A DNA stretch of 64,000 nt, from NCBI GenBank assembly GCA_017415425.1, contig JAFQGT010000005.1, positions 25,038 through 89,037 of the forward strand, read 5' to 3'. The translations under genes were made by a program, and so were the position numbers. The notes below the pieces were generated by a model. The model was not told where the DNA came from. It made no database searches and saw only the letters and a program-made list of their open reading frames with translations. Origin of the DNA: Oscillospiraceae bacterium. Lineage in GTDB: Bacteria; Bacillota; Clostridia; Oscillospirales; Oscillospiraceae. Shown in pieces: positions 9,017 through 17,059 of the stretch; the stretch's first letter is position 1, and each line of letters starts with the position of its first letter.

Positions 9017-10385
9017 ATACCATACGAGATTGCTTTTCTTCCAAACGGTCAAAGTTGTGGATCCAGTCGGCCTTCAGAAAATAAATAAGAAACAGCACGG
9101 AACTGCAGGTCCAGGTGATGGGATATGCCCGTGAGACGGTAGTAAGGTGATTTACATACTTAACGGCAACAGTGATGTAGATCACACGGATCACACACCA
9201 GCAGCTGAGCATCACGATCATAGGTACGGATGCCTTGCCTGCACCCCGAAGGATACCTGCGATGCAGTGGGAGAATGCAAGCAGACAGAAGAACAGACAG
9301 ATGGTACGCATATGCATTACACCATAGTCAATCACTTCCTGGGTCTTATTGAACAGGCTGATCAGTTGCGGCGCAAATTGGTAGAACAAAGCGCCGATGA
9401 TTTCTGCCAGAATGACAGAACATAAGATGCCGAACACCACACCTTTTTTGACCCGTTCGTGCTTCTTGGCGCCCAGATTCTGACCAACAAAGGTGGAAAG
9501 CGCCTGGGAGAAGCAAGTGACGGGAAGAAAGGCGAAGCCCTCCAGTTTGGAGTAGGAGCCGCAGCCGGCCACAGCAGGCTTGCCAAAGCTGTTGATATTG
9601 GTCTGCACCACCAGATTGGCAAGGGCGATGACAGAATTCTGGATGGCTGAGGGCAGACCGAATCGCACGATCATTTTCAGACTGTCCCAATGGAAACGGA
9701 TCTTTCGCCAATTCAGACGGTACTCTTCGTGGCAGCGGGTCAGCCGCAGATAACACAGAAGAGCGCTGATTCCCTGTGCAATGGTGGTGGCCAATGCTGC
9801 AGAGCCGACTCCCCAACGGAACACAGCAACAAAAACCAGGTCCAATACCACATTCACAGCGCTGGAAACGATCAGATAGTAAAGGGGATGCTTGCTGTCG
9901 CCTACCGCGTGGAGAATGCCCACGAAAATATTGTACATCACGGAGAATAGAGCGCCACAGAAATAGACTCGAAAATAGGATACCGATTGGGGAAAAACAT
10001 CTTCCGGTGTACCCATCCAACGCAGGATGGTAGGGCTGAAACCAACACCCAATATTGTCAGAACGGCACCGGATGCCAATCCGAATGCTACATCAGTGTG
10101 AATGGCATCCCGCATCGCCCGATAATCCCGGGCACCGTAGTTCCGGGCGATCACAACGCCTGCGCCCATTGCCAGACCGTTGAAAAAGCCTATCATCATA
10201 AATACTAGACTACCGGAGGAACTGACGGCTGCCAGGGCATCGTCACCTAAAAAGTTTCCTACTACCCAGGCATCAAATGTATTGTAAAGCTGCTGGAAGA
10301 TGTTGCCCAGCAATACCGGCAGGGCAAACAAAAGCAAGCCCTTCCAGATAGAGCCTTCTATTAAGGATTGTTGTTTCTGTGGCAA
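9015..10385 (-). CDS. MATE family efflux transporter
   Basis: 456 aa, about 12 TM helices. N-terminal MATE signature is LALPVLLGNIFQQLYNTFDAWVVGNFLGDDALAAV. TTG start after AAGGAAG. Confidence 0.9.
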   Translation of the reverse strand: MPQKQQSLIEGSIWKGLLLFALPVLLGNIFQQLYNTFDAWVVGNFLGDDALAAVSSSGSLVFMMIGFFNGLAMGAGVVIARNYGARDYRAMRDAIHTDVAFGLASGAVLTILGVGFSPTILRWMGTPEDVFPQSVSYFRVYFCGALFSVMYNIFVGILHAVGDSKHPLYYLIVSSAVNVVLDLVFVAVFRWGVGSAALATTIAQGISALLCYLRLTRCHEEYRLNWRKIRFHWDSLKMIVRFGLPSAIQNSVIALANLVVQTNINSFGKPAVAGCGSYSKLEGFAFLPVTCFSQALSTFVGQNLGAKKHERVKKGVVFGILCSVILAEIIGALFYQFAPQLISLFNKTQEVIDYGVMHMRTICLFFCLLAFSHCIAGILRGAGKASVPMIVMLSCWCVIRVIYITVAVKYVNHLTTVSRAYPITWTCSSVLFLIYFLKADWIHNFDRLEEKQSRMV

Positions 10386-10436
10386 GGTTACACTTCCTTT
10401 GCAAATTTCCTCCCATCATTATGTGTCAGAATCAGC

Positions 10437-10474
10437 CAAAAGTCAATCCCTCCTTGCTATAACAAGGAGGGATT
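10437..10474 (-). terminator. Rho-independent terminator between the two MATE genes
   Basis: AATCCCTCCTTG-CTATAA-CAAGGAGGGATT directly after the stop of the upstream MATE gene. An A-run flanks it on the plus-strand side. Confidence 0.65.
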
Positions 10475-10479
10475 CTTGG

Positions 10480-11868
10480 TTATTGGGAATCTTCTACCAA
10501 TCTGGTTTTGGTAAGTGTTGCTTTGCGGTAGTATAGTCCTGTTAAAATGCTGCACAACAGCCATCCGGCAGGGTAACTCAAAGCAATAGGTACAACTTCG
10601 TTACAGATCCGGGACATACCAAACAGGTACAGCTGTCGGAATAACACAAAGGAGCTGAGCATAATGACCATAGGGATTCGGCTGTTTCCGGATCCTCGGA
10701 GCGCACCGGCATAGATTTGGTTAAAGCAGCAAAGCAGGTAGAAGGGTGTCAATAGTCTTAAAAACAATGTGCCGTTGGAGATCACCTCGGGTTTGTCATT
10801 CAAAAAGCCTACAATATCGGGGGCAAATACCAAAACCGGGATCATCATAATTGCGGTGGCTGAAAGGGACAGGATGACGGCTCTTCTTACGCCTTGCTTG
10901 GCACGCTCAACTTGATTACTGCCAAGATTTTGTCCTACAAAGGTGGTAACAGCCAGAGATACGGATTGCATTGGCAAGAACAGCAACTGATCGATCTTCA
11001 AATAAGCCGTCCAGCCTGACATATAGTCCGGAGAGGGAGCGCCTAAATCAAAATGGGTGATATATGACTGAACGAAAACGTTGGAAAAAGCCGTGACGGC
11101 CATCTGCAGTGCGGCTGGAATGCCCACAATAAGAATCTTGCGAAGGATCGGCCAATGAAATTTCAGTTTTCTGAGAATTAGCTTGACGCAGGTATTTGTT
11201 TGGAGTAAGACAATGATGATCAGAACGGCAGAAACCAGTTGTGAGATGATGGTAGCCAACGCCACGCCCACAACGCCCATATGAAGCACCAAAACAAAAA
11301 CCAGATCCAAAATAGTGTTCAGTACGGCACAGACCACCAAAAAATAGAACGGACGCTTGGAGTCACCAATGGCGCGGAGAATGCCGGCACCTATATTGTA
11401 AAACATCAGACCGATCATACCGGAGAAATAGATGGTCAGATAAGTGTTTGCGTCGTCTACAGCACCCTCATGAAGATCCATAAACCGGAGCATATGAGGA
11501 GAAACAAACAATCCAAAAGCGGTAAACAGAACGCTTAATACCAGTGTCATCAGCAGGGCGGTATGCACAGTATCTTCTACCTTGTCCTTCCGACCGGCGC
11601 CATAGTATTGGCTGATCACCACGCCGGCACCGGAGGCAAGTCCTGTAAAAGAACCAATGAGCATATTGACGATGGGAGCCACAGCACCCACCGCAGAAAA
11701 CGCCTCATTGCTGACATAGTTGCCAACTACCCAGATGTCAATGGTGTTGTAAAGCTGTTGGAACAGGTTTCCCACCAGCAAGGGCAATGCGAATCGGATG
11801 ATATGGCTAGTAATATTGCCTTTTGTCATATCTACGTCCCGCTGAGGGGACAGGCGTAGGGATGCCAT
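10480..11868 (-). CDS. MATE family efflux transporter (paralog)
   Basis: 462 aa, about 12 TM helices. FALPLLVGNLFQQLYNTIDIWVVGNYVSNEAFSAV. By eye it is roughly one-third identical to the neighbouring MATE protein. Confidence 0.9.
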   Translation of the reverse strand: MASLRLSPQRDVDMTKGNITSHIIRFALPLLVGNLFQQLYNTIDIWVVGNYVSNEAFSAVGAVAPIVNMLIGSFTGLASGAGVVISQYYGAGRKDKVEDTVHTALLMTLVLSVLFTAFGLFVSPHMLRFMDLHEGAVDDANTYLTIYFSGMIGLMFYNIGAGILRAIGDSKRPFYFLVVCAVLNTILDLVFVLVLHMGVVGVALATIISQLVSAVLIIIVLLQTNTCVKLILRKLKFHWPILRKILIVGIPAALQMAVTAFSNVFVQSYITHFDLGAPSPDYMSGWTAYLKIDQLLFLPMQSVSLAVTTFVGQNLGSNQVERAKQGVRRAVILSLSATAIMMIPVLVFAPDIVGFLNDKPEVISNGTLFLRLLTPFYLLCCFNQIYAGALRGSGNSRIPMVIMLSSFVLFRQLYLFGMSRICNEVVPIALSYPAGWLLCSILTGLYYRKATLTKTRLVEDSQ

Positions 11869-11927
11869 TTGGCTACCTTCTCTCTTAACAGTCTTAGTTT
11901 AGCATAGGGGAAGCAATCAATCGTCGG

Positions 11928-12968
11928 TTAAAAGGTGAATTGCTCCCAAGGGATGCACACCGGCAGACGGTCTGTAATGATTTCGTCGATATGCAACAGC
12001 AGAGGAAAGTCTGCGGCGTGCAGTTCTCCGGTTGCGATTCTTTGGCGGATCACCTTGGCCACGCGGCCGGCAACCACCAGAGATTCCAAAGTAACGCCGT
12101 TTAATTCCTCCCTGGCTTCGTCAATCCCCATACCGCGGCCTAAGAGTATACCGATCAGCCGGGTGCGGCCACCGTAAACGGTTACATACAGATCACCAAT
12201 ACCCACAGCCAGGTTGTTTACATCCGGTGCGCCCTGGAAGGCCAACAGTTTTGTCATTTCTCGTACGGCCTGACCAAAGACAGCAGCTTGAGAATTGTAG
12301 TGCAGCTCGCTGTCCAAACCAAAGGTTCTTTGATTCAGCCCCACCGTTAAAGCAACGCCGAGAGCATAGCCGTTTTTCAGCGCCACGGCACTTTCAATGC
12401 CAACAATATCCTGTGACAGGCTGATATGATAATAGTCAGTCTGCATAACAGACTTCAGCCAAGCCAGATCGTCCGTATTCCTGCCGCAGAAAGCCACTTC
12501 TGTCTGGTCGTGCTGCACCAGCTCATAGCTGGTACAAGGACCACCTACCGCGTTTAAGGAAAGCCGCTTGCCGATGGAATCCAGCTTCTTCTGCCAGATA
12601 TCAAGGTAGGTGATCAGCTTGCCGTCTTCGGTATCCATCAGACCCTTGGTAACGGTCAGCACCTTCATTTCGTCCGGCAGAACAGGAAGAATCGCCTCGG
12701 AGAACCACTCCACACCAAAACTGCTGACACCACCGATGACCATATCCGCGCCTTCCAGCGCATCAGACAGCTGCTCAATTTGAAAATATTCCACACCGGC
12801 AGGAAAGGGAAGGGGCAGCTTGGGATGCTTGCCGGTTGCTTTGCAGGATTCGATGATTTCTCGATCCAAAGGAGTGCCCACCAAACGGACAGTGTTGCCG
12901 TTCTCCCGGGCGGGGAACGCAAGGGCAGAGCCCATCATACCGGAGCCAATGATTGTGATCGTTGCCAT
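11928..12968 (-). CDS. NAD(P)H-dependent glycerol-3-phosphate dehydrogenase family protein (GpsA-like paralog)
   Basis: Rossmann loop ITIIGSGMMGSALA, VTKGL, ALKNGYALGVAL and GIGDLYVTVYGGRTRLIGILLGRG (compare GpsA GDLxxTCxSxxSRNxxxG). SD GGAGGA. Confidence 0.75.
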   Translation of the reverse strand: MATITIIGSGMMGSALAFPARENGNTVRLVGTPLDREIIESCKATGKHPKLPLPFPAGVEYFQIEQLSDALEGADMVIGGVSSFGVEWFSEAILPVLPDEMKVLTVTKGLMDTEDGKLITYLDIWQKKLDSIGKRLSLNAVGGPCTSYELVQHDQTEVAFCGRNTDDLAWLKSVMQTDYYHISLSQDIVGIESAVALKNGYALGVALTVGLNQRTFGLDSELHYNSQAAVFGQAVREMTKLLAFQGAPDVNNLAVGIGDLYVTVYGGRTRLIGILLGRGMGIDEAREELNGVTLESLVVAGRVAKVIRQRIATGELHAADFPLLLHIDEIITDRLPVCIPWEQFTF

Positions 12969-12984
12969 TTTGTGTCCTCCATAT

Positions 12985-13013
12985 TTGACTTTTTACTGAT
13001 TACTTAGTATGAT
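12985..13013 (+). promoter_or_regulatory. Sigma-A type promoter of the G1PDH-like/HAD operon
   Basis: TTGACT (12985-12990), 17-nt spacer, TATGAT (13008-13013). Confidence 0.5.
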
Positions 13014-13062
13014 AATACCACGATTAAAACGATAAATCAACTAAGTGGCGGGGGAAACAATA

Positions 13063-14376
13063 ATGGAAAATTATCTAGGTACAGAGCGGTGTGTATGCGG
13101 CAAAAATCACGATGTAGCAATTGATGCAGTGGTCATTGGCAAAGGCGTTTTGAAGCAGCTTCCGGAATTTGTTGCCCGATACGGGGCGAAGAAGCCCTTT
13201 GTGCTGTGTGACTGCAACACATACAAGGCTGCCGGTCAACTGGTTTGCAACCTGCTGGCGGAAAACAAAATCGCTTATTCTAAGTACATATTCCCCCAAA
13301 AGGCGTTGGAACCGGATGAGCAGGCCGTGGGTTCTGCCGTTATGCACTTTGATAATTCCTGCGATTTGATTATTGGCGTTGGTTCCGGTGTCATCAACGA
13401 TATCGGTAAGATTCTGAGCAATGTATCCGGTCGTAAATATATCATTGTAGGTACTGCGCCGTCTATGGATGGCTATGCCTCCGCCACCTCGTCTATGTCT
13501 ATGGACGGTCTGAAGGTATCCCTGGGCAGCCGCTGTGCTGATGTGATCATTGGCGATGTGGATATCCTCAAGAATGCTCCGGAGCATATGTTGAAAGCTG
13601 GCCTTGGAGATATGCTGGCCAAGTATGTGAGTATTGCGGAGTGGCGGATCGCCCATCTGATCACCGGTGAGTATTATTGTGAGCGTGTGGCTCAGCTGAT
13701 CCGCGATGCTCTGAAAAAGTGCGTGGATAATGCCGATGGCCTTTTGCGGCGGGATGAGAAGGCGATTGAAGCGGTTTTTGAAGGCCTTGTGATCGGTGGC
13801 GTAGCGATGGCATATGCCGGTGTTTCCCGACCCGCATCCGGCGTGGAACACTATTTCTCCCACGTGTGGGATATGCGGGGTCTGGAGTTCGGTACGCAGG
13901 TGGATCTGCACGGAATTCAGTGTGCTATGGCCACCTTACAGGCAGCTAAACTGTACGATCAGGTGCGAAAACTGACCCCCAATAAAGAAAAGGCTGCTGC
14001 TTATGTGGATGCCTTTGATTGGGAGGATTGGAAGGGGCAATTACGTTCTTTCCTGGGCAATAGCGGCGAAACGATGATCGCTCAGGAGATGCGGGAGCAG
14101 AAGTATAATAAGACGACCCATCCCGCCCGCTTTGCTGTAATTGAAGAGAACTGGGATGCAATCTGCAAAATTTTGGACGAAGAGCTACCGCCGGCTGCGG
14201 TGATTGATCAAATTTTGGACACCATTGGTATTTCCTCCGATCTGCAGACCATTGGCGTGGATACTGCTACCGCCCGTATGACCTTCCGCTGCACCAAGGA
14301 TATTCGGGACAAGTACGTGCTGTCCCGTCTGGCTTGGGATCTGGGCGTGTTGGACGAATTGTGTGAGGAGCTGTAA
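13063..14376 (+). CDS. sn-glycerol-1-phosphate dehydrogenase-like enzyme (AraM/EgsA type, iron-ADH/DHQS fold)
   Basis: Start moved to ATG 13063 (MENYLG..). Nucleotide loop GVGSGVINDIGK. Putative metal ligands in GLGDMLAK and SGVEHYFSHVWD...LHG. Telling G1PDH from glycerol dehydrogenase needs an HMM or a structure. Confidence 0.65.
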   Translation: MENYLGTERCVCGKNHDVAIDAVVIGKGVLKQLPEFVARYGAKKPFVLCDCNTYKAAGQLVCNLLAENKIAYSKYIFPQKALEPDEQAVGSAVMHFDNSCDLIIGVGSGVINDIGKILSNVSGRKYIIVGTAPSMDGYASATSSMSMDGLKVSLGSRCADVIIGDVDILKNAPEHMLKAGLGDMLAKYVSIAEWRIAHLITGEYYCERVAQLIRDALKKCVDNADGLLRRDEKAIEAVFEGLVIGGVAMAYAGVSRPASGVEHYFSHVWDMRGLEFGTQVDLHGIQCAMATLQAAKLYDQVRKLTPNKEKAAAYVDAFDWEDWKGQLRSFLGNSGETMIAQEMREQKYNKTTHPARFAVIEENWDAICKILDEELPPAAVIDQILDTIGISSDLQTIGVDTATARMTFRCTKDIRDKYVLSRLAWDLGVLDELCEEL

Positions 14377-14385
14377 GAGGTAGGT

Positions 14386-15189
14386 ATGGATAAGCAAGAA
14401 CTGCTCAGAAGCAAAAAACTGTATCTGTTTGATATGGACGGCACCCTGTATTTGGGAAACCTTCTGTATGACTTTACCTTAGAACTGTTGGACACATTGA
14501 AAAAGACCGGCAGACGGTACCTGTTTATGACCAACAATTCTTCCAAAAGTGTGGATGACTACATTCAAAAGATGGAAAAGTTGGGCATCACTGCTACCCG
14601 TGAGGATTTTATCACTTCTTCGCAGGCAACTGCCTACTATCTTAAAAAACACTACCCTAATCATAGACTTTATGTCTGCGGAACTAGATCTTTGAAAAAA
14701 GAACTGGAGGGGCAAGGCTTTGTTGTTACAGAGCGGTTGGAGGAAGTGGACTGCATCGTGATGGGTTTTGATACAGAGCTGACCTTCCGGAAATTGGAGG
14801 ATGTGAGCCGTCTGTTGCTGACCCGGCAGGATCTGCCATACATTGCCACCAACCCTGATTATGTATGCCCGACGGAGTTCGGAAGCGTGCCGGACTGCGG
14901 CAGTGTCTGTGATATGATCTTCAACGCCACCGGAAAGCGCCCTGTGGTGATCGGCAAGCCCAGCCCCCTGATGCCGGAATTGGCTATGGCGGAACACGGC
15001 TACACACGGGAGGAAACAGCTGTGGTAGGCGACCGGATCTATACCGATATAAAATCCGGCCTGAATGCCGGCATTACCGGTATTTTGGTGCTCAGCGGTG
15101 AGACAACCCGGGAAATACTGGAGGCGTCCCAGGATAAACCCCACCTTGTGTTGGAGGATGCATCGGAGATCATTGCAGCCTTGAAATAA
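14386..15189 (+). CDS. HAD-IIA family phosphatase (NagD/AraL-like)
   Basis: Motif I is YLFDMDGTLY. Then FMTNNSS, the cap region, GKP, and motif IV VVGDRIYTDI. It starts 9 nt after the preceding gene. Confidence 0.8.
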   Translation: MDKQELLRSKKLYLFDMDGTLYLGNLLYDFTLELLDTLKKTGRRYLFMTNNSSKSVDDYIQKMEKLGITATREDFITSSQATAYYLKKHYPNHRLYVCGTRSLKKELEGQGFVVTERLEEVDCIVMGFDTELTFRKLEDVSRLLLTRQDLPYIATNPDYVCPTEFGSVPDCGSVCDMIFNATGKRPVVIGKPSPLMPELAMAEHGYTREETAVVGDRIYTDIKSGLNAGITGILVLSGETTREILEASQDKPHLVLEDASEIIAALK

Positions 15190-15194
15190 AAGAT

Positions 15195-15222
15195 ACCCCC
15201 GATTCTGCGAATCGGGGGTTTG
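15195..15222. terminator. Rho-independent terminator between convergent genes
   Basis: ACCCCCGATTC-TGC-GAATCGGGGGT followed by TTGATT. Confidence 0.7.
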
Positions 15223-15223
15223 A

Positions 15224-15760
15224 TTATGTTAAACTTAGAATAATCGGGCTATGTCCCATAGCAGGGATGATCTTATGAACCAAATCTTCGGTCTTCAGTC
15301 GCACAGTAGAGGTGTTGATACACGGGTGAACACCGATGTATTCTCCCACCAGCACATCACTATCGATCAGTAGTTGCACACGGTTGCCCTGATCATTCAT
15401 AAGGCCCAGCACACTTAATGAGCCGGGGGTGATATCCAGAAATGCCTGCATATACTCTGCGTCAGCAAAACTTAATCGTGAAACGCCCAGCTGTGCAGAC
15501 AGCTCCTTGGTCATAAAAACTTTATCACCGGGCAATAGGAGTAAGTAGAAGCAGGTCTTTTGACGGTTGCAAAGCAACAGATTTTTACAAACCGTGCCAC
15601 CTAACACCGTGTCTATATGGGCGCAGGCCTCCATTGTCATAGCGGCTTCGTGGTCAACTCGCTGGTAGGAAATATTTAATGTGTCCAGCAAATCATATAC
15701 CCGAATTTCCTTATCCAGTCGGTCGGAACAATCGACCGGTCTGCCGTCGTATAGAATCAT
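15224..15760 (-). CDS. YbaK/ProX-type aminoacyl-tRNA editing domain protein
   Basis: 178 aa. YQRVDHEAAMTMEAC, CKNLLLCNRQKTCFYLLLLPGDK, ITPGSLSVLGLMND. This matches prolyl-tRNA-synthetase-associated deacylase domains. Confidence 0.8.
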   Translation of the reverse strand: MILYDGRPVDCSDRLDKEIRVYDLLDTLNISYQRVDHEAAMTMEACAHIDTVLGGTVCKNLLLCNRQKTCFYLLLLPGDKVFMTKELSAQLGVSRLSFADAEYMQAFLDITPGSLSVLGLMNDQGNRVQLLIDSDVLVGEYIGVHPCINTSTVRLKTEDLVHKIIPAMGHSPIILSLT

Positions 15761-15918
15761 TAAGAACCCTTCTTCCTGTAAAATTTTGAACAGTATACCA
15801 CATTCTTTTTCAAAATGCTACCGTGTCTGTATAAAATGGAAAAAATGTCATAGGATACGGATTGTCAATTTGATGTTTTTCTGCTATGATAACAAAAAAA
15901 CAAGAAAGAGATTACGAT

Positions 15919-16392
15919 ATGAGAGCTACAAAAAAAGCGGGAGAGTCCCGCACAGAACAGCAATATCTTGTTCGAGCTACCCATTTGAATCATTACGGCA
16001 GACTTTTTGGTGGCGTGCTGTTGGCGTGGATCGATGAACTGGCGGGCGTCGTAGCAACCAGACATTCCAACTCCTATGTAACCACTGCAGCCATTGACAA
16101 TTTGCAGTTCAAAGGACCTGCTCACGAGGGCGATATGGTGGTCCTCATCGGTAATGTCACCTATGTCGGCCGTTCCTCTATGGAGATTCGCGTGGATACC
16201 TATATTGAGGCAATGGACGGAACACGCGTTATGATCAACCGGGCCTATATTGATATGGTTGCAATTGACAGTAACGGCGTAGCTGTTGAAGTGCCTGATC
16301 TGATTGTGGAGACAGAAGAGGAACGGCAGGAGTACGAAGCTGCCATAAAGCGGAAGGAAATGCGTATGCAAAGAAGACGGGACGGATTCTAA
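15919..16392 (+). CDS. Acyl-CoA thioesterase (hotdog fold)
   Basis: THLNHYGRLFGGVLLAWIDELAGVVA and GDMVVLIGNVTYVGRSSMEIRV. The track ORF starts at 15886, which has no SD. ATG 15919 follows AAGAAAGAG. The start remains uncertain. Confidence 0.72.
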   Translation: MRATKKAGESRTEQQYLVRATHLNHYGRLFGGVLLAWIDELAGVVATRHSNSYVTTAAIDNLQFKGPAHEGDMVVLIGNVTYVGRSSMEIRVDTYIEAMDGTRVMINRAYIDMVAIDSNGVAVEVPDLIVETEEERQEYEAAIKRKEMRMQRRRDGF

Positions 16393-16400
16393 AATAATTA

Positions 16401-16431
16401 ACAGGCACCGAAAATTCGGTGCCTGTTTTTG
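16401..16431. terminator. Rho-independent terminator between convergent genes
   Basis: ACAGGCACCG-AAAATT-CGGTGCCTGT followed by TTTTTG. Confidence 0.75.
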
Positions 16432-17040
16432 TTATTTGCTGTTTTTAACCAAATCAATAATGATGTCTGTACAGGCTTGAATACCAAGTTTGCTGCTGTC
16501 CAGACAGATGTCATAATTATGGGCTTGTCCCCAGTTTCTACCAGTGTAATGCTGATAGTTCACCTTTCTGCGCTTATCCTTTTCATTCAGACGGGCTTGG
16601 GGTGTTTTTTCAGACTCTCCGTACAGCCGCACGATCCGATCTGCCCGGAAATCCTTATCCGCGTGGATAAAAACGTGGAGACAATCCGCACGGTCCTTGA
16701 GGATATAGTCAGCATTTCTGCCTACGATAACGCAGGGGCCTTTTTCAGCCAGTTGCAGGATTACATTACATTGGATATTCCACAGAAAATCTGCGGTTGA
16801 AAGCCCGTTCATTACGCCGGGGACACCCTGAGGGGTAAAGGCGTAAGAGAATAGTGTTTTGCCGGGGGAGTGTTCAACGTGTTCCTCTACAAATGTGGGA
16901 GCAAATCCGGATTCCAGAGCGACTTGCTCTACCAGTTCTTTGTCGTAAAAGGGAATGCCCAGCGTGTTTGCTACCTCGCGACCGATGGTTCTGCCGCCGC
17001 TGCCGAATTCGCGACTGATGGTAATGACCTTCTTTTCCAT
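16432..17040 (-). CDS. Cytidylate kinase-like family protein (P-loop)
   Basis: Start at ATG 17040, after AAGGAGGG. MEKKVITISREFGSGGRTIGREVANTLGIPFYDKELV is the typical N-terminus of this family. Confidence 0.75.
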   Translation of the reverse strand: MEKKVITISREFGSGGRTIGREVANTLGIPFYDKELVEQVALESGFAPTFVEEHVEHSPGKTLFSYAFTPQGVPGVMNGLSTADFLWNIQCNVILQLAEKGPCVIVGRNADYILKDRADCLHVFIHADKDFRADRIVRLYGESEKTPQARLNEKDKRRKVNYQHYTGRNWGQAHNYDICLDSSKLGIQACTDIIIDLVKNSK

Positions 17041-17059
17041 AGAATACCCTCCTTTTTCG

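Noticed and set aside
9015-11868. Tandem MATE genes as a recent duplication or resistance island.
   Set aside because: The two proteins share only about one-third identity by eye. A terminator separates them, and there are no flanking repeats or mobile genes. It looks like an old paralog pair.
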